Shown here piece by piece: positions 49,450-59,047 of a stretch of 64,000 bases of DNA (position 1 is the first letter of the stretch; every line of letters starts with the position of its first letter). The position numbers and the translations under genes were made by a program. Location: contig OZ254086.1 of the NCBI GenBank assembly GCA_965267575.1, positions 192,001 to 256,000 on the forward strand, in the 5' to 3' direction. The notes below the pieces were generated by a model, which worked only from the letters and a program-made list of their open reading frames with translations, was not told where the DNA came from and did no database searches. Source of the DNA: Calditrichales bacterium. Lineage in GTDB: Bacteria; Calditrichota; Calditrichia; Calditrichales; J004.

Positions 49450-50973
49450 ATGAACCAACCCAAGCACAATAAAGTTCTGATAGTGGAAGATCATCGCGAT
49501 ATGCTGATGGTTTTGCGCAAATATCTGGAAGATCAGGAGTTCACCGTTTTTGAAGCAGAAAGCGGTGAAAAGGGCATTGAGCTTTACCAAAAACATCTGC
49601 CCGATCTGGTTTTGCTGGACATTATGCTGCCCGGCATATCCGGCCTGGATGTGCTGAACCAGATAAAAAACCACAAGAGAAACAACGGTTACATCCCTGT
49701 TATCATCATCACCGCCAAAAACGACATCAGCGACATCGTGCGCGGTTTAAGCACCGGTGCCGATGATTATATCACCAAGCCTTTTCATTTTGACGAACTG
49801 ATCGCGCGCATCAAATCGGCTCTGCGCCTGAAGGAATTGAACGAAATGCTGGTTGATCAGTCACGCCGGCTGGAAGGGGCCAATAACGAGATCAAGGGGC
49901 TTAACAGCGCGCTGCTGAAAAAAAACCGCGAACTGCGCAAAAATATTTACGGCCTGCATTCGCTTTTTGAAGTCTCAATGGACCTCAGTTCTATCCTCGA
50001 GCTGGACAATCTGATCAACTCGGCTTTGCTGACTATCATCGGGCAATATTCCTGCAAGAACGCGCTCTTTTTGCTGCGCGATGAACGGGAGCAGGACCGT
50101 CTGCATGTTTTCGGCCACAAGGGTTTCGGTGAAGAGATTGTTGAAAAAATCGCCCTGCCGGCGGACGATCCGATGGTCAGCTTCTTTTTAACGCACCCGG
50201 CGCCGATACACCTGCCGGATCTGGAAAAGCAAATTGTAACCACCCAGGCCTTTACGGATCTGCAAAACAATGAAATCGAGCTGGTGATGCCGGTCATCAG
50301 CAGCCAAAAAGTGAATGGCGTTTTATGTTTCGGCCCGCGGGTAAAAAAGGGACAATACGAGGAACGCGAGCTGCAGCAGATCACCATTCTTGGCAATATT
50401 ATTTCCATTGCCGTGAACAACGCGCTGCTTTATGAAGAGGTGGAACAGCTTTCTTACACCGACGGCATGACTGATCTGCACAATTACCGCTACTTCGAGC
50501 TGCGTCTCAAGGAAGAAGTGATGCGCCATAACCGGACGCGCGCCGGGCTCTCGCTGCTGATCCTCGATGTGGACCATTTTAAAAATTTTAACGACACCTT
50601 GGGTCACCAGGCCGGCGACCGCGTGCTGCGCAAACTGGCCGGCATCCTCAAGGAAACAGTGCGCGAAAACGATATCGTGGCCCGTTACGGCGGCGAAGAG
50701 TTTGCCGTGATTTTACCGGCCGTGGACCGCGCCGGGGCCAAGATACTGGCCGAGCGGATACGCCAGCGCGTGGAAGAAAGCTTCTTTGAAGGCGAGCATG
50801 TGCAGCCTTTGGGCAAAGTGACCGTAAGCGTCGGCGAAGCCAATCTGCCGCATGACTCAGACAACTTTATGGACCTGATACGCAAAGCCGACACGGCGCT
50901 CTATGCCGCCAAGAAAAACGGCCGCAACCAGGTTAAAACATTCAGCCCGGATGTGACGGGCCAAAAACAATGA
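49450..50973 (+). CDS. Diguanylate cyclase (REC-GAF-GGEEF)
   Basis: Receiver (LLDIMLP), GAF-like middle, RxxD I-site (REND) and RYGGEEF. Confidence 0.92.
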   Translation: MNQPKHNKVLIVEDHRDMLMVLRKYLEDQEFTVFEAESGEKGIELYQKHLPDLVLLDIMLPGISGLDVLNQIKNHKRNNGYIPVIIITAKNDISDIVRGLSTGADDYITKPFHFDELIARIKSALRLKELNEMLVDQSRRLEGANNEIKGLNSALLKKNRELRKNIYGLHSLFEVSMDLSSILELDNLINSALLTIIGQYSCKNALFLLRDEREQDRLHVFGHKGFGEEIVEKIALPADDPMVSFFLTHPAPIHLPDLEKQIVTTQAFTDLQNNEIELVMPVISSQKVNGVLCFGPRVKKGQYEERELQQITILGNIISIAVNNALLYEEVEQLSYTDGMTDLHNYRYFELRLKEEVMRHNRTRAGLSLLILDVDHFKNFNDTLGHQAGDRVLRKLAGILKETVRENDIVARYGGEEFAVILPAVDRAGAKILAERIRQRVEESFFEGEHVQPLGKVTVSVGEANLPHDSDNFMDLIRKADTALYAAKKNGRNQVKTFSPDVTGQKQ

Positions 50974-52088
50974 AAATTGGAATTACCTGTTATCCCACAT
51001 ATGGCGGAAGTGGCGTTGTAGCCACGGAACTGGGCAAGAAAATGGCCACACTGGGCCATGAGATTCACTTTATCTCCTACCAGCTTCCTTACCGCCTCAG
51101 TCGTTTTACACCCAACATCTATTTCCACGAAGTGGATGTGCTGCACTACCCGCTTTTTGAATATCCGCCCTACTCGCTTTCGCTGGCCTCAAAAATGGTC
51201 GAGGTGATCGACAACGCCAAGCTGGATATTCTGCATGTGCACTACGCCATCCCCCATGCCACCAGCGCTTTCCTGGCACGGGAGATGACCAACGGCAGCT
51301 TTAAATTTGTAACCACCCTGCACGGCACGGACATCACGCTGATCGGCTCGGATCCGTCCTATCTGAATATTGTGAAATTTTCCATCGATAAGAGCGACGG
51401 CGTAACAGCGGTATCCGATTACCTGCGCCGCGAAACCTACGATACGTTCCATGTCAAAAACGACATTCGCGTAATTCCCAACTTTATACCGGACCAGTTT
51501 TTGGAAGTGGATGTGACCAGCAAGCGCGATTCCTGCCTGCGTGAAAAAGATGAGCTGATCATCACCCATATCTCCAATTTCCGCCCGCTCAAACGGGTGA
51601 TGGACCTCGTCTATGTTATGGAAAAGCTGGTCGATCGTTTTGATTTCAAGCTGTACATGGTGGGCGACGGGCCGGACCGTTACAAGATGGAACAGCTCTG
51701 CCGTGAACGCAATCTGTGCGACCGCATTATTTTCCTGGGCAAGCAGCAAAGTGTGGAAGAAGTGCTGGCCTGCAGCGACGTATTTGTCCTGCCCAGCGAA
51801 GAAGAGAGCTTTGGCCTGGCCGTACTGGAAGCGCTTGCCTGCGGCGTGCCTTGTGTAACCACCAACGCCGGCGGTCTGCCCGAGGTAAACGTGGACGGCG
51901 AAACCGGCTACACCGTGGACATCGGCGACATCGACGCTTTTGCCGACCGCATTGGCCGGCTGCTGGAAGACAAAGAGCTGCGCCTGAAAATGGGCATCAG
52001 CGCCCGTGATATCTCGCGCGCCCGTTTCCGCTCCGACAACGTGGTCCCCAAATACATTCAATACTATGAAGACGTTCTGAATTCGTGA
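50970..52088 (+). CDS. bshA: N-acetyl-alpha-D-glucosaminyl L-malate synthase BshA
   Basis: MKIGITCYPTYGGSGVVATELG, HVHYAIPHA, TTLHGTDIT, HISNFR..KR, EESFGL..LEA. Confidence 0.95.
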   Translation: MKIGITCYPTYGGSGVVATELGKKMATLGHEIHFISYQLPYRLSRFTPNIYFHEVDVLHYPLFEYPPYSLSLASKMVEVIDNAKLDILHVHYAIPHATSAFLAREMTNGSFKFVTTLHGTDITLIGSDPSYLNIVKFSIDKSDGVTAVSDYLRRETYDTFHVKNDIRVIPNFIPDQFLEVDVTSKRDSCLREKDELIITHISNFRPLKRVMDLVYVMEKLVDRFDFKLYMVGDGPDRYKMEQLCRERNLCDRIIFLGKQQSVEEVLACSDVFVLPSEEESFGLAVLEALACGVPCVTTNAGGLPEVNVDGETGYTVDIGDIDAFADRIGRLLEDKELRLKMGISARDISRARFRSDNVVPKYIQYYEDVLNS

Positions 52089-52816
52089 AGACTCCAACGA
52101 TCATCTCCCACCGCGGCAGGGGAGATCACTCCCTTCCCGAAAATACAATCGAAGCGTGCGAAGAAGCGCTGAAACAAGGTGCCGAAGCACTGGAAGTGGA
52201 TGTGCGCTTTTGCGGCAGCGGCGAACTGGTGGTATTTCACGATCTTTATTTGAAACGGCTTACCGGCAAAAGCGGTCGCATCTGGGCCACCACACTGGGA
52301 GAACTGAAGCGCCGGCCGCTGGTACAGTCGCCGCAGGACAAGCCGCTGTACATCCCCACTCTGGCGGAATTTATCGATCACTTCAAGGGCACCGTGCCCA
52401 TCAACCTGGATGCCAAGGTATTTACGCCGCTGGCCGGGCAATTTGCCAAGTACCTGGTGCGGGCCATCAAAGCCTCCGGCTACCGCGAGCAGTTCTGGGT
52501 CTCTTCTTTTAACCCCATTTTTCTGCGCACCGTAAAAGTGTGCGGCATGGACATAAAAACCGGCTACCTTTTTCAGCATTTCAACAAGTTGCGGCATTGG
52601 ACGGAATCTTTGTGGTACACGGAATACTGGCACCCGCACGTGGATATGGTGGATGATAAATTTCTGCAGCTCGCCGAAAGGGAAGACAAACCGCTTTACG
52701 TGTGGACGGTGAACGACGAAACGAATGTCCGCCGTCTTATAAACGAGCCGATGGTTGCCGGTATTATTTCCGATGTACCGCAACACGTACATACAATTAT
52801 CAACAGGCATTCCTGA
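52085..52816 (+). CDS. Glycerophosphodiester phosphodiesterase family protein
   Basis: SHRG, PENT, EVDV, VFHD, SSFN, VWTVN, GIISD.P. Confidence 0.9.
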   Translation: MKTPTIISHRGRGDHSLPENTIEACEEALKQGAEALEVDVRFCGSGELVVFHDLYLKRLTGKSGRIWATTLGELKRRPLVQSPQDKPLYIPTLAEFIDHFKGTVPINLDAKVFTPLAGQFAKYLVRAIKASGYREQFWVSSFNPIFLRTVKVCGMDIKTGYLFQHFNKLRHWTESLWYTEYWHPHVDMVDDKFLQLAEREDKPLYVWTVNDETNVRRLINEPMVAGIISDVPQHVHTIINRHS

Positions 52817-52824
52817 TTGCATTT

Positions 52825-52853
52825 TTGTCAAATCAAAGCTGATTGCCTATAAT
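52825..52853 (+). promoter_or_regulatory. Putative sigma-70 promoter of clpS
   Basis: TTGTCA-N17-TATAAT. Confidence 0.6.
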
Positions 52854-52870
52854 GGGGCAGGAGTTGAGCT

Positions 52871-53221
52871 ATGGCTAAAAAAGAAGTACCTGTCCTGCCG
52901 GAAATTGAAACCGAAGAGCAGGAAGAGACAAGCACGGGACACGTTCCGCAATACAACGTGGTCCTTCATGACGATGACGATCACACCTACGATTATGTCA
53001 TCGAAATGCTGCGCGGTTTGTTTGGGCATGATTTTGATACGGCCTTCCAAATGGCTGTGGAGGTGGACACCATGGGCCGCGTGATTGTTTTTACCACCCA
53101 CAAAGAGCAGGCCGAGTTTAAGCGCGACCAGATAAAAAGCTACGGCCCCGATCCGCGGCTGGATCGCTCCAAAACCTCCATGCGCGCCACCATCGAACCG
53201 GTTTCCGGGGATAAGAAATAA
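52871..53221 (+). CDS. clpS: ATP-dependent Clp protease adaptor ClpS
   Basis: YNVVLHDDDDHTYDYVIEML...EVD..G. Confidence 0.85.
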   Translation: MAKKEVPVLPEIETEEQEETSTGHVPQYNVVLHDDDDHTYDYVIEMLRGLFGHDFDTAFQMAVEVDTMGRVIVFTTHKEQAEFKRDQIKSYGPDPRLDRSKTSMRATIEPVSGDKK

Positions 53222-53243
53222 AACATCAATACAAGGACGTATC

Positions 53244-53861
53244 ATGAACCAGAAAACCCCGCTCATTCTCCTGGCCATTTACATCATCCTTTTTACCGTG
53301 CTGGCCATTGACCCCTATGACCGTCCCGTGTGGTGGGCCGAGAACCTGCCGATCATGATGATTGTGGTCACTTTGATTATCCTGCAGCGTTGGTTTGTTT
53401 TTTCCCCGCTGGCTTATGGCCTGATGTTTGTGCTGATCGTCCTGCACACCATCGGCGGGCATTATACTTTCAGCCGCGTACCGTTTGGCTTTGTAACCGA
53501 CCTGTTTGGCTTTGAGCGCAACCATTACGACCGCATGGCCCACTTCACCGTTGGTTTTTACGCCTACCCGATTGCCGAGATGGTGCTGCGCAAACGGGCG
53601 GTTAACTCCAAATGGCTGCTTTTTCTTTTTCCCCTATTCAGTATTATTTCCGTCGCCGCGGTCTATGAATTGTTCGAATGGCAATTCGCCATCCTGGCCG
53701 ACCCGCAGGCCGGGGCCGAGGTCCTTGGCTCACAGGGTGATGTCTGGGATGCCCAAAAAGATATTCTTGCCGACACGCTGGGCGCCTTGGCCGTTATGGC
53801 GCTCTTTTTCTGGCGAAATGCAGGGGAGATTAAAGAGGGGATAAGGAAGCAAAAGGTCTAA
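53244..53861 (+). CDS. DUF2238 (YjdF-like) inner-membrane protein
   Basis: WWAEN, HTIGGHYTF..VPF, RNHYDR..H, YEL.EW, LGSQGDVWDAQKD. Confidence 0.88.
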   Translation: MNQKTPLILLAIYIILFTVLAIDPYDRPVWWAENLPIMMIVVTLIILQRWFVFSPLAYGLMFVLIVLHTIGGHYTFSRVPFGFVTDLFGFERNHYDRMAHFTVGFYAYPIAEMVLRKRAVNSKWLLFLFPLFSIISVAAVYELFEWQFAILADPQAGAEVLGSQGDVWDAQKDILADTLGALAVMALFFWRNAGEIKEGIRKQKV

Positions 53862-53928
53862 AACATTACGGGTTAAAGACTGTAATAACATTTGAAAACA
53901 CATATACCACTGTAGCCCCCATCTGACG

Positions 53929-54072
53929 CTAGTCCAGCCCGGAGTAGTCGATGCGCTCCCCGGCGTAGACGTACTGATCTATAGGGCTGATGATAGAAAC
54001 GGGATTCTTAAAGCCGCCAAACGCCGTTGAACAAAAAATTAAAAGCAGAGAACATACGATTGCGGTTTTCAT
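53929..54072 (-). pseudogene. Truncated copy (E) of the signal-PKD-RHS cassette; end of array
   Basis: MKTAIVCSLLLIFCSTAFGGFKNPVSIISPIDQYVYAGERIDYSGLD then TAG (47 aa); identical to the start of the 63150 protein. Confidence 0.9.
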
Positions 54073-54097
54073 TGTTCTTCCACGTCAGTATTTTCTT

Positions 54098-55027
54098 TTA
54101 AGGCAATATTTTAAAAATAACTGTCTTTTTATTATTTGAACCCATTAAATAAATCTGTTCATTTTGATATTTTATATCATAGTTAAAGCCACCAAACACA
54201 ACCATAAAGTCTTTTCCATATTTGCCCCCAAAGATATTTTCCAAATATGGAACCATATTAATAGAGTTAAAAACTCCATTATCCAGATCAAATTCTCTTA
54301 AGATCAAAGGTCCGTCCAGGGGCACAGCTATGCCACAATCGTTTTCAAAATGCAATATACCAGAAAAATTCTCTAAACCATTGACTACTGTTTTTTTACG
54401 GAGTTCTCCATTTAAATCAATAAAATAAATAAGGCTATCAGAAGGTAGAATAAAATAACCGTTATTATATGCAATCGTCGGCTCAAAAATTAGTGGCTTA
54501 TTAAAGTTCTTTATGTCGATTTTTTTTTCTATCCTCAGATGACCATTGCTTAGACTAAAAGATCTTAAAACCAAGTTGTAACGTTTCTCAAAAAAAGCAA
54601 AAAGTAGGCTATCAACCACGTGATAATCGATAATATTTCCTGATCCGATAGAAAAATTACTTAAAAGAACACCGTTAGTGTTAAATTCGCTTATTTCATT
54701 TTTTGGGACAGTGAAAAGGAATATTGATTTTCTATTCTGATCATATTTTATCTTGCGGATATCCTCAGGTACCTTGAACGTTCTATACAAAGAGTCATTT
54801 TTAAACACGATGATTTTGTTTTTATAATTATCAGGCAAATAGATGAATCCTTTTTCATCAATAGCAAAAGAATAAGGCACGGATTCACTACCTGAGCTTA
54901 TATAGACTTCACTCTTGTTACTATCTTCAAAAGGCACCTCTGAGAAGACGGAAATCTTCTCATTTTGTGAGAAGCATTTCGTGAAAATTATCATAAGAAA
55001 AAAGAACACGCGTAATTTATTTATCAC
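54098..55027 (-). CDS. Exported beta-rich protein, immunity position for cassette D
   Basis: AT-rich; signal peptide; PYSFAIDEKGFIYLPD propeller-like start; 20 bp downstream of the toxin ORF. Confidence 0.6.
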   Translation of the reverse strand: MINKLRVFFFLMIIFTKCFSQNEKISVFSEVPFEDSNKSEVYISSGSESVPYSFAIDEKGFIYLPDNYKNKIIVFKNDSLYRTFKVPEDIRKIKYDQNRKSIFLFTVPKNEISEFNTNGVLLSNFSIGSGNIIDYHVVDSLLFAFFEKRYNLVLRSFSLSNGHLRIEKKIDIKNFNKPLIFEPTIAYNNGYFILPSDSLIYFIDLNGELRKKTVVNGLENFSGILHFENDCGIAVPLDGPLILREFDLDNGVFNSINMVPYLENIFGGKYGKDFMVVFGGFNYDIKYQNEQIYLMGSNNKKTVIFKILP

Positions 55028-55046
55028 AGTATATCCTTTCCACTGA

Positions 55047-55829
55047 CTACTTACTTAGGATTGGTTTAATGTTGGACGGTTTTTTAGGAAAGGCAATTAT
55101 ACTATAGCCTGCATCTACAACATCACGTCTATTAACTCTTCCAATGCCTGCCATATTGTTATTTAAATATTTACCTTCATTTGTTGAGAATTGCGATTTC
55201 TTTACTCTTTTTGCGGAAGAACTGGCACTTGATAGTGTAATCTGACCATTATTTGGATTGTCTATGGCAACCATTACGTGTGTTATATTGCCAGCGCCAT
55301 TACCAATAAAGACGTAATCTCCTCCTTTTATTTGAGACGCATCATTTGTTTCTATATAGCTTCCAGCTTCGCCCGAATTAATTTCCTCAACTGACATACC
55401 AGATGGATCTACAAAAATTAAAGGATTATTAAATACATAATGATAGGGGGTTTGAGATAGATATTTCCTGCTAAGCGGATCAACAGATAAAAACCTTCCA
55501 ATCACGGGGTCATAATACCGTGCCCCAAAATAATAAAGCCCCAGCCCATTCTCATCATCCAGTTCCTTGCCGGAGAATTTGTAGATATCATTACCGGCGC
55601 CGGATGTGTGGCTGCGTCCGGGCATCCGTAAGCCAAAGGGATAGTAATCATCCTTGCTGACGATTTCGCCCTGTTCGTCCACCGTAACCACGCCAAAGGC
55701 GGGCAGGCGCGGATGTTGCCCAGATGGTCCTTCACATAATTGGTATTCCGGTTTACGCTTGATGGCGATCTGGAAGCTGTAGTAATTTCTATCGTTTACT
55801 TTTTTGCCGCTTTTTACCGCCTCCTCGTG
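55047..55829 (-). pseudogene. Cassette D: 5'-degenerate RHS core with partial NlpC/P60-like tip
   Basis: YYPFG, KFSGKELD, YFGARYYDP, DPSG. Signal and PKD are lost; a 20-bp insertion and a 2-bp deletion lie in the 5' homologous part. The ORF-track start (55691) is a GTG created at the insertion junction. Confidence 0.8.
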
Positions 55830-55873
55830 CTAAGAAGCAGAAAAAAATATAATTTCACCAAGATGTTCTGAAA

Positions 55874-56275
55874 TTAATCGTAGCCCCCAAGTGAATCTGA
55901 TAATATAAATAAAAATTCGTTTCTTGGATTGACCGATAAATCAATATAAATATCTTCGCTGAACATAAAACCGTGACTAACCTCTTTATCTCGCCAAACG
56001 GATTTAACTCTGACTAAGTTATATTTTCCCTTCTCTAAATTAATTTCAAAAACATTTATGTCCTCATGATTAATGCGTGTTAATCCTTCAGAGAAAATTA
56101 ATTTCTCGAATCCGTTATTGTTAACGACAAATATGTTTATTACTTCATCAGGCAAAAATCCATCTGACAGAATCAAATTCAAAGTGATACTGTCTGGTTT
56201 AGAATTAATATCTTGTGCTAAAGAAACAAGAGCTAATAGCACAACAAATAGAACTGACGATATGGTATTATTCAT
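55874..56275 (-). CDS. Exported small protein, immunity position for cassette C
   Basis: ATG 56275 overlaps (ATGA) the stop of the read-through toxin frame; signal peptide MNNTISSVLFVVLLALVSLA. Confidence 0.7.
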   Translation of the reverse strand: MNNTISSVLFVVLLALVSLAQDINSKPDSITLNLILSDGFLPDEVINIFVVNNNGFEKLIFSEGLTRINHEDINVFEINLEKGKYNLVRVKSVWRDKEVSHGFMFSEDIYIDLSVNPRNEFLFILSDSLGGYD

Positions 56276-57498
56276 TTTTTCTTTGCTCCATACCAAAAAT
56301 TAACTAATTCGTGTAAGCTTTTAATTTGCTTTAAAGTCGTTTTAGTGCCTATTGAGTACTTGGATTGTTGCATAATATTACCAATATCCTTTCGAATTAA
56401 TTCGCCTATGCTATTTCGAGGATGTTCAAGCCCTGCACCGTGTCCAAATTCGTGGGCCCCTGTTCTGGCTAATTGGTTATTCTCGCCAGAACTTGCAAGC
56501 TGCGCAGATACTTTTTGTACAGAACCTAAACGATGGGAAGAACCTAACTTTCCAGGCGCGGTATCGACAAGCTTAATTATGTTATCTCCTTCTCTTGGTT
56601 TCCCACTAGCTATATCAACATTTGCCTGCCATTTAGTTTTTCCATCTTTTGAATGTCCATTAAAAGAAGATTCAATCTGATCTTTAATGGTAGCTGCAAT
56701 ATTATCTAATTGCTCTTAAGTAAAGCTTTCTGAACTTTCATTAACTATTGTAGCAGTATACGTAATAGTATAAGTTACATTGCCATCCTTATCTTCTTCC
56801 TTAGTAGAGGATATATCTTTTCCGTCTGGATCAATATATATAATAGGATTATTGGCCACATAGACATAAGGACTTAGGTTACGATATGAATCGTAGTGCG
56901 GATCAACAGAAATAAACCTTCCTATCTCCGCATCATAGTACCGTGCCCCAAAATAATAAAGTCCCAGCCCATTCTCATCATCAAGCTCTTTACCGGAGAA
57001 TTTGTAGATATCATTCCCGGCACCGGATGTGTGGCTGCGGCCGGGCATCCGTAAGCCAAAGGGATAGTAATCATCCTTGCTTACGATTTCGCCCTGTTCG
57101 TCCACCGTAACCCGGATATTGCCCAGGTGGTCCTTCACATAAAAATGGTATTCCGGTTTGCGCTTGATGGCAATCTGGTAGCTGTAATAGTCTATCGCGC
57201 CTTCGTTGTCTTTTACTTTTAGCTTGATGCTGATGACGCGGTGGGTTTCCGTTTTGTCCAGCATGTAGGTTTGGGAAAAGCCGGAGCCCGTACCCGCCTG
57301 TTGGTCATCTATGTACCAGGTGTATTGGGTAATACTGCCGCCATCAGGATCGTAGCTGTCCAGCCCGGAGTAGTCGATGCGCTCCCCGGCGTAAACGTAC
57401 TGATCTATCGGACTGATGATGGAAACGGGATTCTTAAAGCCGCCAATTGCCGTTGAGCAAAAAATTAAAAGCAGAGAACATACGATTGCGGTTTTCAA
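56272..57498 (-). pseudogene. Cassette C: signal-PKD-RHS core-metzincin toxin with one in-frame stop
   Basis: TAA at 56716-56718; the same frame continues 147 aa with HEFGHGAGLEH and NIM to TGA at 56272. Confidence 0.85.
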
Positions 57499-57520
57499 TA
57501 CTCTTCCCTTAGACTTCCAA

Positions 57521-57985
57521 TTATTCCCATCCCATTATTTCATAAAATTGTTTTTTAAATGATGATATTTGCGAATTTGAATACAATTTTTTGATGACTT
57601 CTAAAGCTTCCTTAAATCCCCAATAATCTGCAATCTCTTCGTCTTTGCTTTTTCTTCTATTTTTTTTCCCATTTAAAAAATGTTTATGATGATAAAGTTC
57701 ATGCAAAAGAATACGGGATAATTCAAAAACAATGGTGATTTCTTTTTCAAGCATCGAAGATGGATATATATCTAATGTGTCAAACATTATTTCTATTTCA
57801 AATACGCCACCGTCTTTCTTAATCCACCTTCCTGCACTATTTTTTGAAGAATAATCTTTATCTAATAATATAATTTTGTTTATTCCATGAAAATTTTCTT
57901 TTCCATAAGTATCAATTATCTTTTGTAATAATTCTGCTCCATTCCAACTTGTATATTTTTCTTTTCTTAAGTCAACTATATTCAT
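57521..57985 (-). CDS. Cytoplasmic HExxH-motif protein in immunity position
   Basis: AT-rich, 154 aa; LLHELYH...EE.AD; begins 8 bp after the stop of the broken upstream toxin tip. Confidence 0.65.
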   Translation of the reverse strand: MNIVDLRKEKYTSWNGAELLQKIIDTYGKENFHGINKIILLDKDYSSKNSAGRWIKKDGGVFEIEIMFDTLDIYPSSMLEKEITIVFELSRILLHELYHHKHFLNGKKNRRKSKDEEIADYWGFKEALEVIKKLYSNSQISSFKKQFYEIMGWE

Positions 57986-57993
57986 AACAATAA

Positions 57994-58680
57994 CTAATTA
58001 CCTCCACTATTTGGGTCTTCTAAATTCCCAACTGCATCCATCAAATCTTTCAACCTTTGATTTTTAGGACTTAGCTTTTTTGCTTCTTCTTGGAGTTTAA
58101 ATTTCTCAGCTTCTTTTTGTTCAGCAGTTCTTGTGTCTGCACCCTCTTTTTTTCTGGATGCTTCAGCTTTGCTTTTTGCCTTTTTTCCCTGGTTCGCTTG
58201 GTCAGCAGTTTTAGTCTTCGAATTATTACTCGATCTTTCAGTAGGCTGCTCTATTGGATTCGAATCAATTCCCTCGCATTTAAAGGCGTATTAAGCGTAT
58301 AATTATAAGGAGACCACGCCGGATACTTATTTGCCAACGGATCAACCGCTACCCACCTTCCAATCACGGGGTCATAATACCGTGCCCCAAAATAATAAAG
58401 TCCCAGCCCATTCTCGTCATCCAATTCCTTCCCCGAATACTTATAAATATCATTATCCGTGCCGGCATTAAAGGAGCGGCCCGCCATCTGCAGCCCAAAG
58501 GGGTAATAGTCATCATGGCTGACCACGTCGCCGTTTTCATCCACGGTGACGCGGATATTGCCAAGGTGGTCCCACAGGTAGTAGTTGGCCGTGTATTCGA
58601 TCTTGTATTTAACTTCCAGGTAGGGCCGGTTGCTGCTCGCTTCCGAGCTGCGGAAACGGACGTGGCAGATGTCAAAGAAC
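57994..58680 (-). pseudogene. Cassette F 3' part: DNRLRE-like domain end + divergent RHS core + frameshifted tip
   Basis: RFRSSEASSNRPYLEVKY-KIEYTANYYLWDHLGNIRV...YYPFG...SPYNYTLNTPL. DPxG is missing; another frame gives EGIDSNPIEQ...DPNSGGN* ending at 57994. Confidence 0.75.
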
Positions 58681-59047
58681 TAAAAACCCAATCGCGCCCC
58701 AAGCGCGACGACGCATTATAGAGCCCCTATCCCCGGCCATAATCTTGCACGGAAGCCTGAAAGAAGCAAGACCCAATGCGTCAGGTCTTTTTGGTTCTTT
58801 TTGGACAGGCAAAAAGAACAATGTGCCTTGACTTAAAATCCCAGGCCAAAAGAAAAATTCTAAATGAGTCTGTCTGACCATTCTCAAGACAATTAGTCAG
58901 GCGGGAATATGAATGTTCTTTTTGTTTAGCCAAAAAGAACCAAAAAGCATATGCGCTTTCAGAGCGTATTTTGGGCCTGGCGGAGTTGTGTTCGCTGCCT
59001 TCCCCGCTCTACAAATGCGCAGTTCACGCCTCAGGGCGTGATTAGGT
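58681..59047. other. Structured non-coding element with 34-bp inverted repeats
   Basis: 58787-58820 and 58914-58947 are 30/34 reverse-complementary, each with an internal hairpin; several further hairpins. Confidence 0.7.

Noticed and set aside
53923-54088. 6-bp inverted repeat CTGACG/CGTCAG flanking truncated copy E
   Set aside because: Too short to distinguish from chance, and not seen at other cassette ends.
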